Notes: generated by a model not told the origin, from the sequence alone. A DNA stretch of 64,000 nucleotides from an uncultured bacterium (GCA_938010045.1 CALLFZ010000020.1:38754-102753); one strand, 5' to 3'. Positions 1-10,491 are shown, counted from the stretch's first letter. A program made the numbers and translations.

Positions 1-1188
1 GCGATCAACAAGATCGATCTGCCCGGCGCCAACGTGGACCGCGTGAAAGCCCAATTGCAGCAGAACGGTCTGACGCCCGACGACTGGGGCGGCAAGGTCG
101 TTTGCGTGCCCGTCAGCGCCGTCACCGGCCAAGGCATCAGCGATCTGCTCGACATGATCCTGTTGCAGGCCGACCTGCTGGAATTGAAGGCGCCTCCGCA
201 CCGGCCGGCGACCGGCTACGTCCTCGAGGCGCGCCTGGCGCCGGGCAGTGGACCGGTCGCCACCGTGCTCGTCAAGAGCGGCACGCTGAAGGTCGGCGAT
301 GCCGTCGTGTGCCACGAAACCTGGGGACGCGTCCGGTCGCTCGAAAACGACCGAGGCATCCGCCAGCGCACCGCCGGCCCGGGCTTTGCGGTACAGATGC
401 TCGGCCTCAACGCCGTGCCGCCGGCAGGCGCCGAGTTCGAAGTGGTCCAATCGGACCGGCAGGCTCGCGAGATCGCCGAGGCGCGCGTGGAGGAAAGCCG
501 GCGGGCCAAACTGCAGGCGCCAACGCGCACCTTCTCGCTCGATGACCTGCTGGCAAAGACCGATCCGACTCAGAAGGTCGAGCTCGCGGTCGTCCTGAAG
601 TGCGACGTACAGGGCACGCTGGAGGCCGTCCGGCAGGCGCTCACCGAGATCAAGAGCACCCGCGTGGCGCTCAAAATCGTCCTGGCCGGCGTCGGGAACG
701 TGTCGGCCAACGACGTGCTCCTCGCAAAAGCGTCCAACGCGATCGTGATCGGGTTCCACGTCGGCAGTGAGGCCGGTGTGGACAAAGTCGCGAAGCGCGA
801 GGGCGTCGAAATCCGCTTCTACAGCGTAATCTACGAGCTGGTCGAAGAGGTCCGCAACGCGATGGCCGGCCTGCTCCAGCCGATCGTGCGAGAGGTGCCG
901 CTGGGCCAGGCGCTCGTGAAGCAGGTGTTCGAACTGAGCCGAAAGGGCAACGTGGCGGGATGCCTCGTGCGATCGGGTCGCGTGCTGCTCCGCGGACGCG
1001 CGCGGGTGCGTCGCCAAGGCGAGGTGGTCTACGAGGGCTCGATCGCCTCGCTGCGGCGCTTCCAGAACGACGCCACCGAGGTCCGCGAGGGACAGGAATG
1101 CGGCATCCGGCTCGACAACTTCAACGCATTTGAACCCGGCGATATCATCGAAGTCTACGAGGTCCAGAAGATCGCCCAGAGTCTCTGA
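1..1188 (+). CDS. infB: Translation initiation factor IF-2 (5'-truncated by window edge)
   Basis: AINKID G4 motif at window start, VPVSAVTG, LKCDVQGTLEA, C-terminal SLRRFQNDATEVREGQECGI; followed by rbfA. Confidence 0.98.
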   Translation, partial: AINKIDLPGANVDRVKAQLQQNGLTPDDWGGKVVCVPVSAVTGQGISDLLDMILLQADLLELKAPPHRPATGYVLEARLAPGSGPVATVLVKSGTLKVGDAVVCHETWGRVRSLENDRGIRQRTAGPGFAVQMLGLNAVPPAGAEFEVVQSDRQAREIAEARVEESRRAKLQAPTRTFSLDDLLAKTDPTQKVELAVVLKCDVQGTLEAVRQALTEIKSTRVALKIVLAGVGNVSANDVLLAKASNAIVIGFHVGSEAGVDKVAKREGVEIRFYSVIYELVEEVRNAMAGLLQPIVREVPLGQALVKQVFELSRKGNVAGCLVRSGRVLLRGRARVRRQGEVVYEGSIASLRRFQNDATEVREGQECGIRLDNFNAFEPGDIIEVYEVQKIAQSL

Positions 1189-1209
1189 TCTGGTCGAAAG
1201 GACACGGCG

Positions 1210-1608
1210 ATGCGCGCGTCCCGCATGGTCCGCGTGAATGAGCTGTTGAAACGCGAAATCGCGGCCACCCTGTATCAGGAAATGGCCGGCGAATCCATGG
1301 ATTTCGCCGCGGTCACGGTCACCAACGTCCAGGTCAGCCCTGACCTTCGCCACGCCCGCGTGTTCGTCTCGATCCGCGGCAGCGAAGCCGAGGCCGCGGC
1401 GATTTTCTCGCGACTCTACCGCCACCGAATCCGTCTGCAGGAGCACTGCCACCGTCGCGTGCGCCTCAAGTACACCCCCGTACTGGTGTTCGAACGCGAT
1501 TATGCGATCGAGCGCGGAGACCGCGTGTTGGCACTGTTGAACCAGCTGGAGCCGCGCATCCCCACCGACACGGAGACACCCCCGCCGTCGTCGGACGAGG
1601 TTCATTGA
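1210..1608 (+). CDS. rbfA: Ribosome-binding factor A
   Basis: RVNELLKREIA, VSPDLRHARVFVS, RLKYTPVLVFERD; synteny infB-rbfA-truB. Confidence 0.95.
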   Translation: MRASRMVRVNELLKREIAATLYQEMAGESMDFAAVTVTNVQVSPDLRHARVFVSIRGSEAEAAAIFSRLYRHRIRLQEHCHRRVRLKYTPVLVFERDYAIERGDRVLALLNQLEPRIPTDTETPPPSSDEVH

Positions 1609-1609
1609 C

Positions 1610-2341
1610 ATGGGTTCCCGCCCGTTGTCCCCGCTGCCGGATCCCGACGGCGTCCTCTTGGTGGACAAGCCGTCCGGCTGGACATCCCACGACGTGGTCG
1701 CGGCCGTCCGCGGTCGGTTCCGGCTGCGCAAGGTCGGCCATGGCGGCACGCTCGACCCCATGGCCACCGGCCTGCTCGTGGTGCTGATCGGCCGGGCCAC
1801 CCGTCTGGCCGACCGGTTCATGAACTCCGATAAGGCGTATGTGGGGGTTATGCGGCTCGGCATTGAGACGGACACCGAGGATGCCGACGGACGCGTGGTC
1901 GCGGAGCGCGACATCTCCGGTGTGACCGAGACGGCGCTGCGCGAGGCGCTCGCCCGCCGGACCGGCGACGTTTGGCAGGTTCCGCCCATGATCTCCGCGA
2001 TCAAGCGCGGCGGTCAGCCGCTCTACAAACTGGCCCGGCGCGGCCAGGTCGTGGAACGCGAGCCTCGCCTGATCCACATCTATGAGTTTTCCCTGCTCGA
2101 GTTCGCGCCGCCCCGCGCGAAGTTCCAGCTGCGCTGCACGAAGGGCACCTACGTGCGGACGCTCTGCGCGGACGTTGGGCGGGACCTGGGCTGCGGCGCC
2201 TTTCTCGAGGAACTGACCCGCACCCATTCGGGTGATCTTGCGCTCGAGGACGCTGCGCCGCTGAAGGAGATTCTCGACGGCGACCGCGCCGCGCTCGAGG
2301 CGCGCCTGCGGAGGATGGAAACCTTCGCTCCCTTGCCGTGA
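1610..2341 (+). CDS. truB: tRNA pseudouridine(55) synthase
   Basis: DKPSGWTSHDVV, KVGHGGTLDPMATG, CTKGTYVRTL. Confidence 0.97.
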   Translation: MGSRPLSPLPDPDGVLLVDKPSGWTSHDVVAAVRGRFRLRKVGHGGTLDPMATGLLVVLIGRATRLADRFMNSDKAYVGVMRLGIETDTEDADGRVVAERDISGVTETALREALARRTGDVWQVPPMISAIKRGGQPLYKLARRGQVVEREPRLIHIYEFSLLEFAPPRAKFQLRCTKGTYVRTLCADVGRDLGCGAFLEELTRTHSGDLALEDAAPLKEILDGDRAALEARLRRMETFAPLP

Positions 2342-3354
2342 TGCGCGTGGCATGGGAGATCCGAACCGTCTCACCCGGGCCGCGCCCCGTGGCGCTGGCC
2401 ATCGGCGTGTTCGACGGTGTGCACATCGGACACCGCGCCGTGCTCGGCGCCGCCCGCGATCGCGCCCGTGCGGCCGGCGGCGAGGCGTGGGTGCTCACCT
2501 TCGAGCCCCACCCGCTCGAGGTGCTTCGCCCGCCGGAGGCTCCGCCCGCCATCCTTTCTCTTGAAGGCAAATTGCGCCGCTTCGCCGATCTCGGGCTCGA
2601 CGGATGCGTGGTGCAGCCGTTCACGCCGGACTTCGCGGCACTCGACCCGGCCGCCTTCGTCCGGCGGATCTTGGATTCGTTCGGACGGCTCTGCGCGATC
2701 GCGGTGGGTGAATCGTGGCGGTTCGGCCAGGCCGCCGCCGGCGACGTCGCGACGTTGCGCCAACTCGTCCGGACGGCCGGCACGGACGTCATCGCGGTGC
2801 CGCCAGTGCGCGTCGAGGGCCGAGTCGTGTCCAGCACAATGATCCGACACGCCATCCAGAGCGGCGACCTCGCGACGGCGGCCCGCTGGCTCGGCGAATG
2901 GTTTTCGTTCGACGGCGTGGTCGTGGCGGGTCGCGCCGTCGGCCGCCGCATCGGCATCCCCACCGCGAACCTGGAACCCCCGAGGCGGCGCGTGCGCCCG
3001 CCCGACGGCGTGTACGCCGCCTGGGTCCACGCCCGCGGCGCGCTCCATCCGGCGGCCGGCTACATCGGCACTCGCCCAACCTTCGCAGATAGCAACGAGA
3101 CGGTCATCGAACTGCACCTGCTCGACAGCGACCTCTCGCTCTACGGCGAACGCATCGAAGTGGACTGGGTCGCCCGCATACGTGGCGACCAGACATTTCC
3201 GGACGCCCAAGCGCTGCGGCGTCAGATCGACGACGACATCCGACGGATTCGCACAGTGCTCGGCGAAACCACGCCGCCGGCGCCGCGCGGCCCGACGCCC
3301 GGCGGCGTTGACACCGGACCGACCGCTTCGTACACTGACCGGCCTGTTGCGTAG
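2341..3354 (+). CDS. ribF: Bifunctional riboflavin kinase/FAD synthetase
   Basis: IGVFDGVHIGH, VSSTMIR, GRRIGIPTAN; overlaps truB stop (alternative GTG start at 2338). Confidence 0.96.
   Translation: MRVAWEIRTVSPGPRPVALAIGVFDGVHIGHRAVLGAARDRARAAGGEAWVLTFEPHPLEVLRPPEAPPAILSLEGKLRRFADLGLDGCVVQPFTPDFAALDPAAFVRRILDSFGRLCAIAVGESWRFGQAAAGDVATLRQLVRTAGTDVIAVPPVRVEGRVVSSTMIRHAIQSGDLATAARWLGEWFSFDGVVVAGRAVGRRIGIPTANLEPPRRRVRPPDGVYAAWVHARGALHPAAGYIGTRPTFADSNETVIELHLLDSDLSLYGERIEVDWVARIRGDQTFPDAQALRRQIDDDIRRIRTVLGETTPPAPRGPTPGGVDTGPTASYTDRPVA
3308..3336 (+). promoter_or_regulatory. Sigma70-type promoter for rplU-rpmA-obgE, inside the ribF 3' end
   Basis: TTGACA (3308-3313), 17-nt spacer, TACACT (3331-3336). 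Confidence 0.75.
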
Positions 3355-3388
3355 CTCTGCGCGCAGACACCCGAGGATCCGAATTCGG

Positions 3389-3709
3389 ATGAAACCGTAC
3401 GCAGTGATTGAAACAGGCGGAAAACAGTATCTCGTTCGGCCGGACGATCGTCTGACGATCGAGCGGATCGCCGCGGAGCCCGGCCAGACCGTGGCGCTGG
3501 CTCCGGTGCTGGCAATCTCCGACGGTTCGACGTTGAAGGTGGGCACCCCCGACCTGCCCGATGCGACCGTTTCGGCGCAGGTCCTCGGGCACAGCCGGGC
3601 CCGCAAGGTGATTTCGTATCGGAAAAAGCGCCGGAAGGGGTATCACCGCAAAGTCGGCCACCGGCAATCGGTCACGTCGGTCAGGATCGTCGGCATCCCG
3701 ACCCCCTGA
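3389..3709 (+). CDS. rplU: 50S ribosomal protein L21
   Basis: MKPYAVIETGGKQY ... KKRRKGYHRKVGHRQ; start re-assigned to ATG at 3389. Confidence 0.97.
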   Translation: MKPYAVIETGGKQYLVRPDDRLTIERIAAEPGQTVALAPVLAISDGSTLKVGTPDLPDATVSAQVLGHSRARKVISYRKKRRKGYHRKVGHRQSVTSVRIVGIPTP

Positions 3710-3727
3710 GCACCGGGAGGAACGGCC

Positions 3728-3991
3728 ATGGCGCATAAAAAAGGTCAGGGCACCAGTCGAAACGGACGCGATAGCCGCGGTCAGCGCCTCGGCGTCAAGT
3801 GCTTCGCCGGCCAGACGGTGCGCGCGGGGCACATCTTGGTGCGCCAGCGCGGCACCCGGCTGCACCCGGGGCGCAACGTCGGTATGGGGCGCGACTTCAC
3901 GCTGTTCGCGCTGGCCGACGGCGTGGTCGCCATGGACGCTCGTTCACGCCGCGTCCACGTCATTTCGGCCGCGCCGACGAGCTCCAACTGA
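3728..3991 (+). CDS. rpmA: 50S ribosomal protein L27
   Basis: [31 protein letters not shown] upstream. Confidence 0.98.
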   Translation: MAHKKGQGTSRNGRDSRGQRLGVKCFAGQTVRAGHILVRQRGTRLHPGRNVGMGRDFTLFALADGVVAMDARSRRVHVISAAPTSSN

Positions 3992-4033
3992 GCCGGGCTC
4001 GGTCGGGCCTTCGCGCGGCCCGGAGATCAGGCC

Positions 4034-5080
4034 GTGAAGGCGCCCACCTTTATTGACCGTGTCCAGGTCCACGTCCGCGCTGGACGCGGAGGCGACGGCG
4101 TTGCCACGTTTCGCCGCGAAAAACGCGTGCCCTGGGGCGGCCCAGACGGCGGCGACGGCGGCCGGGGCGGCGACGTGGTGCTGCGGGGCGACGCCTCGCT
4201 TGATTCTCTTCTCCACCTCTACTATCAGCCGCACCACCGTGCGGAAAATGGCATGCCCGGCCGCCGCAAGCAGCAAACCGGCCGCAGCGGGGCCGACTGG
4301 ATCATCCGTGTGCCCTGCGGCACCGAAGTCCGCAACGCGGCGGACGGCGCCTGGATCGGCGAGATCATGCACGACGGCGAACACCTCGTGGTGGCGCGAG
4401 GCGGCGCAGGTGGGCTCGGCAACCTCCATTTCGTCACGTCCACCCACCAGGCGCCGCGCGAATGCACGCCCGGCCAGCCCGGCGAGGAACGCAAGCTGCT
4501 GCTCGAGCTGAAGCTCATCTCCGATGTCGGCCTCGTCGGATTCCCAAATGCAGGCAAGTCCACCTTGCTCGGCGCGATCAGCCGAGCCCGGCCCCGCGTC
4601 GCGCCCTATCCGTTCACCACCCTCCATCCCACGGTCGGAGTCGTGCCGCTCGACGACGAGCGGACGCTGCGCGTCGCCGACATCCCCGGTCTCATTGCCG
4701 GCGCGCACCGAGGCGTCGGTCTCGGCCACGATTTTCTGCGGCATATCGAACGCACCCGCTTCCTCGTGCTGCTGATCGACATGGCCGGCACCGAGGGCCG
4801 GCATCCAGCGGACGACTTTTTTTGCCTCCGCCGAGAGCTCGAGATGTACGGGCGCGGACTGGACGAGCGGCCCTATCTGACCGTCGCCAACAAAATGGAC
4901 ATGCCCGATGCGGCGAAGCATCTCGAAGAGTTCGTGGCTCGCACCAGCGTCACTCCGTTAACGATTTCCGCGCAGGCGCGCACAGGCCTCGACACATTGA
5001 TCGCCACTCTCGCGGAGCGCATCGCCGAACTCGAGCGTGCCCCCCCATCGGCCGCCCCGCCTGCTCCGCCGCCGCCATGA
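4034..5080 (+). CDS. obgE: GTPase ObgE/CgtA
   Basis: GGPDGGDGGRGG, GFPNAGKSTLL, YPFTTL, DIPGLI, ANKMD. Confidence 0.97.
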   Translation: MKAPTFIDRVQVHVRAGRGGDGVATFRREKRVPWGGPDGGDGGRGGDVVLRGDASLDSLLHLYYQPHHRAENGMPGRRKQQTGRSGADWIIRVPCGTEVRNAADGAWIGEIMHDGEHLVVARGGAGGLGNLHFVTSTHQAPRECTPGQPGEERKLLLELKLISDVGLVGFPNAGKSTLLGAISRARPRVAPYPFTTLHPTVGVVPLDDERTLRVADIPGLIAGAHRGVGLGHDFLRHIERTRFLVLLIDMAGTEGRHPADDFFCLRRELEMYGRGLDERPYLTVANKMDMPDAAKHLEEFVARTSVTPLTISAQARTGLDTLIATLAERIAELERAPPSAAPPAPPPP

Positions 5081-5256
5081 TGACCTGGTTGGTCTGGGTG
5101 GGCGTGGTGCTCGGCGCCGACGCGCTGATCGGGCTGCTGGGCCGCCGATGGTGGGCCCGTCATCTGCCCACCGTGCCCATCGCGCAGATCGCGACCGCCG
5201 AGGCCATCGTTGCGGTGATCGCGCTGGCACTGTATCTCCTGCTGAACCTCCGCTAG
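5077..5256 (+). CDS. Small hypothetical membrane protein (59 aa, two hydrophobic segments)
   Basis: ATGA overlap with obgE stop; MMTWLVWVGVVLG...AIVAVIALALYLLLNLR. Confidence 0.55.
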   Translation: MMTWLVWVGVVLGADALIGLLGRRWWARHLPTVPIAQIATAEAIVAVIALALYLLLNLR

Positions 5257-5389
5257 CTTCGCCGGCCTCCTCGCCGCAGGTCCATCGCGGGCGCCCGCCT
5301 TCCCCACGGCGGCGCCCTGGGGCAAATTCCGCGGCGGCATCTCAGCGAACGCATCGCTGGTCGACCGCAACGAACGGTGAGGAGCGAGC

Positions 5390-6160
5390 TTATCCTGCGG
5401 GGCTCGCACGATGGTCCGCGCCGTTCTCGCGGAGATAACGGTCGAGCTCCTCCCAGCCCTCCGGCTTGCCGATCTCGTAAAACCGCGTCGGCGCGACCCA
5501 CGCGGCCAGTTCGCCGGCGGCAACGAGATCGCGAAGCATCACGGAAAGATCCAGCGGCGTCCGCGCGCCGACGTAGCGGCCGATCACCTCCCGCCGCAGC
5601 GCGAGGAGCCCCCAGTCAATCCACTCGGCCTCGCCGGGCGCGGCCGATTTCGAATAGAAGACGACACGACCCCGCTCAACCCGCGCGTTGCTTGAGTCCC
5701 ACCGGCCCTGATTGCGGAACACCGACATCATCGCCGGCGCTCCGCTCTCGAGAAATGCGCGCGCCATCGGCCGGTAGTCCGCGGGCAGATACGAGTCCCC
5801 GTACATCACAAAGCACCACTCGCGCAGGAGCTCCCGCGCATTCACCAGCGCCCCGCCGGTGCCGAGCAGCGCCTCCGGAGGCTCGCGCGAGTAAGCGACC
5901 CGCACGCCCCAACGCCTCCCGTCCCCAACGTACCGCTCGATCGCCTCCGCGCCGACGCCGACACACAACACCACGTCGCGCACATCGCTCTGCGCGAGCA
6001 GGTCCAACTGGTAATCGATGAACGGCCGCCCCGCCACCGGCAGGAGCGATTTCGGGCGGTCGCGCGCGATCGCCCGGATGCGCGTGCCAAGCCCGCCGCA
6101 CAGAATCGCCGCCTGCAGCCGCGTCGAGCCCGCCTCACTCCGCAGGGCCATCGAAGTCAT
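5390..6160 (-). CDS. Sugar-1-phosphate nucleotidyltransferase (HddC/LmbO-like)
   Basis: AAILCGGLGTRI, PKSLLPVAGRPF, LGTGGAL, YGDSY, FYEIG. Confidence 0.88.
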   Translation of the reverse strand: MTSMALRSEAGSTRLQAAILCGGLGTRIRAIARDRPKSLLPVAGRPFIDYQLDLLAQSDVRDVVLCVGVGAEAIERYVGDGRRWGVRVAYSREPPEALLGTGGALVNARELLREWCFVMYGDSYLPADYRPMARAFLESGAPAMMSVFRNQGRWDSSNARVERGRVVFYSKSAAPGEAEWIDWGLLALRREVIGRYVGARTPLDLSVMLRDLVAAGELAAWVAPTRFYEIGKPEGWEELDRYLRENGADHRASPAG

Positions 6161-7172
6161 CCGACTCCGCGAACTCCGCGACCACGCGCGCCCCGTGCCG
6201 GCACGGCAGCCAGCTCACGCGCGGCATCCCATGCGACGCCATGAACCCGTCGAGCTCCCGGCCGCGCTCGGGACAGTACAGCAACACGAACCCCCCCCCG
6301 CCGGCGCCGATGATCTTGCCGCCGAGCACGCCATAGTCGCGTTTCACCGTTTCGTAGAGCTCGTCCACAACCCCAAGGCTCACCGAAGACGACAGCCGCC
6401 GCTTGCATGCCCAGTGGTCGTCCATCAGTCGCGCGAACCGGTCGAGGTCCCGGTCCAGAACCGCACGGTGGATTTGGCGGCCGATTTCGCGGATCTCGAG
6501 CAGCGACTCGACCACCCGCGCGTGGTCGGGCCGGTCGGCGTGGCGCGCGGCCTCGTCCTGGTGCTGCAGCACCGCGGTCGCCGAGCGCTGAATCCCCGTG
6601 TAGTACATCCGGGCCTTGTGCGCGAGCTCCAGCGCGAGCGTGGAATCCACCGGCACCGAGCCCACCGTGACCGTTCCGTCCCGCGCAATCTCGAGCGTAC
6701 GGAAGCCGCCGAACGCCGCGATATACTGGTCCTGCTTGCCCACCGGCTCCTTCAGGATCTCCATCTCGATGCGGCAGGCCTCCTCCGCGACCTCGGCGGG
6801 CGGCGCCGGCGTCCGCCGCCACGCGCGCAGCGCGGTCAGCAGCCCCACGAGATAGGCGCCGGACGACCCCAAGCCCGTCCGCGCCGGCAGGTCGGCGAGG
6901 CTTGCGAGCTCGATGTACTCGCGTACGCCGTACTGCCGCAGCGCCTCCCGCGCGAGCGGGTGCCGGATCTCGTCCACCGAGTTCACGACCTCCACCTGGG
7001 AGTAGCGGATCAGCGTCTTGCGCTCCGTCACCGGCAGCCGGTGCAAAAAAACGTACATAAATTTGTCGATCGCCATCGTGAACACGAAACCGCCGTGCTC
7101 GCGATAGAACGATGGCAGGTCCGTGCCACCCCCGCCGAGCGTGATCCGAAACGGTGTCTGCGTGATGATCAT
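6135..7172 (-). CDS. GHMP-family sugar kinase (HddA/LmbP-like)
   Basis: TPFRITLGGGGTD, PARTGLGSSG, GKQDQY, GGKIIGAGGGG; ORF can extend upstream to 7229. Confidence 0.9.
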   Translation of the reverse strand: MIITQTPFRITLGGGGTDLPSFYREHGGFVFTMAIDKFMYVFLHRLPVTERKTLIRYSQVEVVNSVDEIRHPLAREALRQYGVREYIELASLADLPARTGLGSSGAYLVGLLTALRAWRRTPAPPAEVAEEACRIEMEILKEPVGKQDQYIAAFGGFRTLEIARDGTVTVGSVPVDSTLALELAHKARMYYTGIQRSATAVLQHQDEAARHADRPDHARVVESLLEIREIGRQIHRAVLDRDLDRFARLMDDHWACKRRLSSSVSLGVVDELYETVKRDYGVLGGKIIGAGGGGFVLLYCPERGRELDGFMASHGMPRVSWLPCRHGARVVAEFAESDDFDGPAE

Positions 7173-7218
7173 CGGCGTTGCGCCCCCCGCGCCGACCGCG
7201 CCGCTGCGGTGCGTCGGC

Positions 7219-7950
7219 TCATATGTCAAACCCGCTGTTCACCGCGTCGCGCCGGAACATCCGCACGGTCTCGAGCGAAAACTCCTCGAGGTCCTTGCCG
7301 AACTGCTCCGCCTTCGCGAGCAGGTCCGGCGTGACGGTGATGATCGGACAGCCAATCCACTCGGCCTGCAAAATATTCAGCGCCTCGCGCGGGCTCGCCC
7401 ACAGCAGCTCCGCGCGCGGACGCGGGCGCAGAATCTCGAGCGCTTCGCGCATGATCGGCACCGGGTCGCGGCCCGAGTCCGCAATCCGTCCCGCGAACAC
7501 TGAGACGAACGTCGGACACGCCGGGTCCAGCGCCTCCGCGACCTCGCGCACTTGCCGCAGCGTCATGATCGCGGTGATGTTGAGCGGGATGCCCTCCCGC
7601 GAGAGCCGCGCGATCAGCGGGCACGAGGATTCCCTCCGCGTGTTCGTGATCGGGATTTTGACGTGGACGTTCGTCCCGAGCGCACGCAGCACTCGCGCCT
7701 GCCGTTCCATCTCATCGAATTCATCGGAGAACACCTCGAACGAGACCGGAAGATCGGGCACGATCCGGAGCACCTCGCGCGCAAAGTTCAGATAGTTCGT
7801 CACGCCCGCGCGCGCCATCAGCGTGGGGTTCGTCGTAAACCCCTTCACGAGGCCCCGGGCGCGCGCTGCCGCGATCGAGTCGAGATCGGCCCCGTCGGAA
7901 AAGATCTTGATCTTCAGCTCCTCGAGACGGGGAACCCGGTCCTGCGTCAT
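7219..7950 (-). CDS. Small (TalC/LmbR-type) transaldolase
   Basis: KIFSDGAD, GFTTNPTL, SFEV, catalytic VKIP, SVFAGR, WASPR. Confidence 0.9.
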   Translation of the reverse strand: MTQDRVPRLEELKIKIFSDGADLDSIAAARARGLVKGFTTNPTLMARAGVTNYLNFAREVLRIVPDLPVSFEVFSDEFDEMERQARVLRALGTNVHVKIPITNTRRESSCPLIARLSREGIPLNITAIMTLRQVREVAEALDPACPTFVSVFAGRIADSGRDPVPIMREALEILRPRPRAELLWASPREALNILQAEWIGCPIITVTPDLLAKAEQFGKDLEEFSLETVRMFRRDAVNSGFDI

Positions 7951-8591
7951 GGACGGACCTCCCGGGGCGCGGCCGCGCCCCCCCGATCCAGATGCTCCCA
8001 GTGCGTGGAGGCCATCTTCAGGCGTGGATGCGAGACCAGCAAATGCGCGACGACCGATTGGAACGCCTCGGTGTGCGGCGTAATCGCGGCGGAATTGACC
8101 ACCGGAATCACCACGCACGCATCGGCCGTGCGGGCCGTGAAGCCGCCATCGCGCCCGACGATACCCACCACCGTCGCCCCCACCCGTTTCGCCTCGCGGA
8201 TCGCCTCGACGATGTTCGGGCTGACATTACGTGCCTCGTCGCCGCCGCCGACCGAAAACACGAGCACGCCGTCTCGTGGGCCGATACGGCTGCCGCGCAG
8301 CCACGCCGCGAGCGCGCCCGCCCAGCCCTCGTCGTTGATGCGCGCGGTGAGCTCCGCAACGTTATCCGTCGGCGCATACGCCTCGAAGCCGCAGAGCTTC
8401 CGAAAGTCGTTCACCGCATGGCTGGCGTTGGCGGCGCTGCCGCCAACGCCGAGCACGAAGAGCCGCCCGCCGCGATCGCGAACCGCCGCCAGCCGCTCGG
8501 CGGCTGCCGCGATCGCCGCGCGGTCGAGCCGGCGTGCGACCTCGGCCGTCTCTTCGAGGTGCTGCTCAATAAACCGGTCGGCTTCGCTCAT
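7947..8591 (-). CDS. SIS-domain sugar-phosphate isomerase (GmhA/LmbN-like)
   Basis: LGVGGSAANASHAVND, TARIND, SVGGG, SPNIVEA, PHTEAFQ. Confidence 0.88.
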   Translation of the reverse strand: MSEADRFIEQHLEETAEVARRLDRAAIAAAAERLAAVRDRGGRLFVLGVGGSAANASHAVNDFRKLCGFEAYAPTDNVAELTARINDEGWAGALAAWLRGSRIGPRDGVLVFSVGGGDEARNVSPNIVEAIREAKRVGATVVGIVGRDGGFTARTADACVVIPVVNSAAITPHTEAFQSVVAHLLVSHPRLKMASTHWEHLDRGGAAAPREVRP

Positions 8592-9583
8592 CCGGCTCCT
8601 CCGCGATACACCGCCTCCACCACCGCCAGCGCCGCGCGCGCATCGGCCAGACCCGTCGCCGGCGCCCGCATCTGGCGGATGTCCTCCGCAAATTCGGCCC
8701 ACTCCACGGTCCACGACGTATCCGGGCCCGGGAACTCCCAGATCGTCGTCTCCGGCGGCCCCATCTCGGGCAACATGCGGTACCACGCCAGCCGTTCGAC
8801 CCCGTAGCTGCCGCCGAGCCCTTCGATGTGCAGCTTCCCGCTGCGCCCGTAGATCTCCAGCGAAAACAGATTCTTCCACTCCGAGCAGCTCGCGTGCAGA
8901 AACGCCACCTGGCCACCCGCGGTGCGAAGCATCAAAAACGCGTTGTCATCCACCGTCATCGCCCAGTACAGCGTCGTCGCGAGCCCGCGCACCTCCGTGA
9001 ACTCGCCGAGAAACCATCGCGCCAAATCAATGAGATGCACGCCCTGGTCGATCAGCTCGCCGCCGCCGGAGCGCACCGGATCGGCGCGCCATTCGCGCTC
9101 GTATCCAGGGCGCCCGCCGTGCCCGTAGCGCCCGCGCACCATCATCATCGGACCGAGTTCGCCGCGCGCGAAGATCTCCCGCGCGCGGCGCAACGCGGGA
9201 TGATAACGGTGGTTGAATCCGACGTGCACGAGGCGGGCGGCCGCAGCCGCTGCGCGCGCGATCGCCTCCACCTCCGCCACCGTCCGTCCAGCCGGCTTTT
9301 CGACCAGCACGTGTTTGCGCGCCTCGAGCGCCGCCATGGCCACCGACGCCAGCGCATCGTGCGTCGTCGCCACGATCACGACGTCCAGATCATCCCGGCG
9401 CACCAGATCGTCGACCGAATGGCAGACCGCGGCGCCGGCCGGAACAGCCAGCGCCTCCGCACGCCTCTGGTCGAGGTCCGCGCACGCCACGAGCCGATCC
9501 TGTCCGAGCGCGGCGGCGCGCTTGCGGCCGATCAAGCCGCAGCCGACGATACCGACCCGCAGTTGGGATGCCGCAGGGCTCAT
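8588..9583 (-). CDS. Gfo/Idh/MocA-family oxidoreductase
   Basis: VGIVGCGLIG, HVLVEKP, GFNHRY, GGGELIDQGVHLID. Confidence 0.9.
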   Translation of the reverse strand: MSPAASQLRVGIVGCGLIGRKRAAALGQDRLVACADLDQRRAEALAVPAGAAVCHSVDDLVRRDDLDVVIVATTHDALASVAMAALEARKHVLVEKPAGRTVAEVEAIARAAAAAARLVHVGFNHRYHPALRRAREIFARGELGPMMMVRGRYGHGGRPGYEREWRADPVRSGGGELIDQGVHLIDLARWFLGEFTEVRGLATTLYWAMTVDDNAFLMLRTAGGQVAFLHASCSEWKNLFSLEIYGRSGKLHIEGLGGSYGVERLAWYRMLPEMGPPETTIWEFPGPDTSWTVEWAEFAEDIRQMRAPATGLADARAALAVVEAVYRGGAG

Positions 9584-10491
9584 CACGACCTCGTCGCCGT
9601 GCCCGAGTCTACCGGATCGCCCCAGTCGAGGCCACGGTCGCGCGGCACGATGCGCCTCAGCGTGTACAGATCGGACTGTCCGATCTCGCCCGCACGGTCG
9701 CCGAGCGTCGGCCAAGGATCCCAGACGGCACTAATCAGCCGACCGGTGATCCCGGCGGCTGCGTCCGAGGCCATCCATACCGCACAGCGCGCAGCGCGGT
9801 CGAGCGCGGTCGCGTCATTGGCCTCGAGCGCGCGCCGCGCCGAGGCCACCTCGCGCTCGCCCGCCGCCTCCGCGCCCGCCGCGGCGACCTCGCGCAGCAT
9901 CGCGGTGGGCAAGACGCCGGGAGCCAGCGCGAGCACTCGGATACGGCGACCACGCAGCTCCTCGGCGACGCATTCGGTGAGCCGCACGATCGCAGTCTTC
10001 GACGCCGCATAGGCGCTGAAATTCGGCCGCGGGCCCGTCGCCCCGCCGCCGGCCACATTGATGATCACTCCGCCGTCGGCCATTCGCGGCGCCAAGTCCG
10101 CGATGAGCCGTGCGGGCGCAAGCAGATTGACGCGGATGGTTTCGACCCACCCCGCCCACGTCGGACCGGCGCTGCTCAGCGGGCCGATCGGCCCCTGAAC
10201 GCCGGCATTGTTCACTAAAATATCCAACGGACGTCCGAACCCGTCCAGCACGGGCAGAAGGCGGTCCGCCGGCGAGATGTCGCTCTGCGAGAGATCCACA
10301 CCCGCGCCGGTGGCCGTCTGACCGCTCCGAGGCGGCAGCGACTCGGCAACGCGCCGCACATCTGCCTCACGGCGGGATACGAGCAGAAGCGAAGCGCCGG
10401 CCTCCCAGAATCGGCGCGCGACCGCCTCCCCCAGCCCGCGGCTCGCACCGGTGACCAACGCGAGGCGGCCCGCGAGCGATGGCCCACTCAT
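9583..10491 (-). CDS. Short-chain dehydrogenase/reductase
   Basis: TGASRGLG, LVNNAG, YAASK. Confidence 0.9.
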   Translation of the reverse strand: MSGPSLAGRLALVTGASRGLGEAVARRFWEAGASLLLVSRREADVRRVAESLPPRSGQTATGAGVDLSQSDISPADRLLPVLDGFGRPLDILVNNAGVQGPIGPLSSAGPTWAGWVETIRVNLLAPARLIADLAPRMADGGVIINVAGGGATGPRPNFSAYAASKTAIVRLTECVAEELRGRRIRVLALAPGVLPTAMLREVAAAGAEAAGEREVASARRALEANDATALDRAARCAVWMASDAAAGITGRLISAVWDPWPTLGDRAGEIGQSDLYTLRRIVPRDRGLDWGDPVDSGTATRS

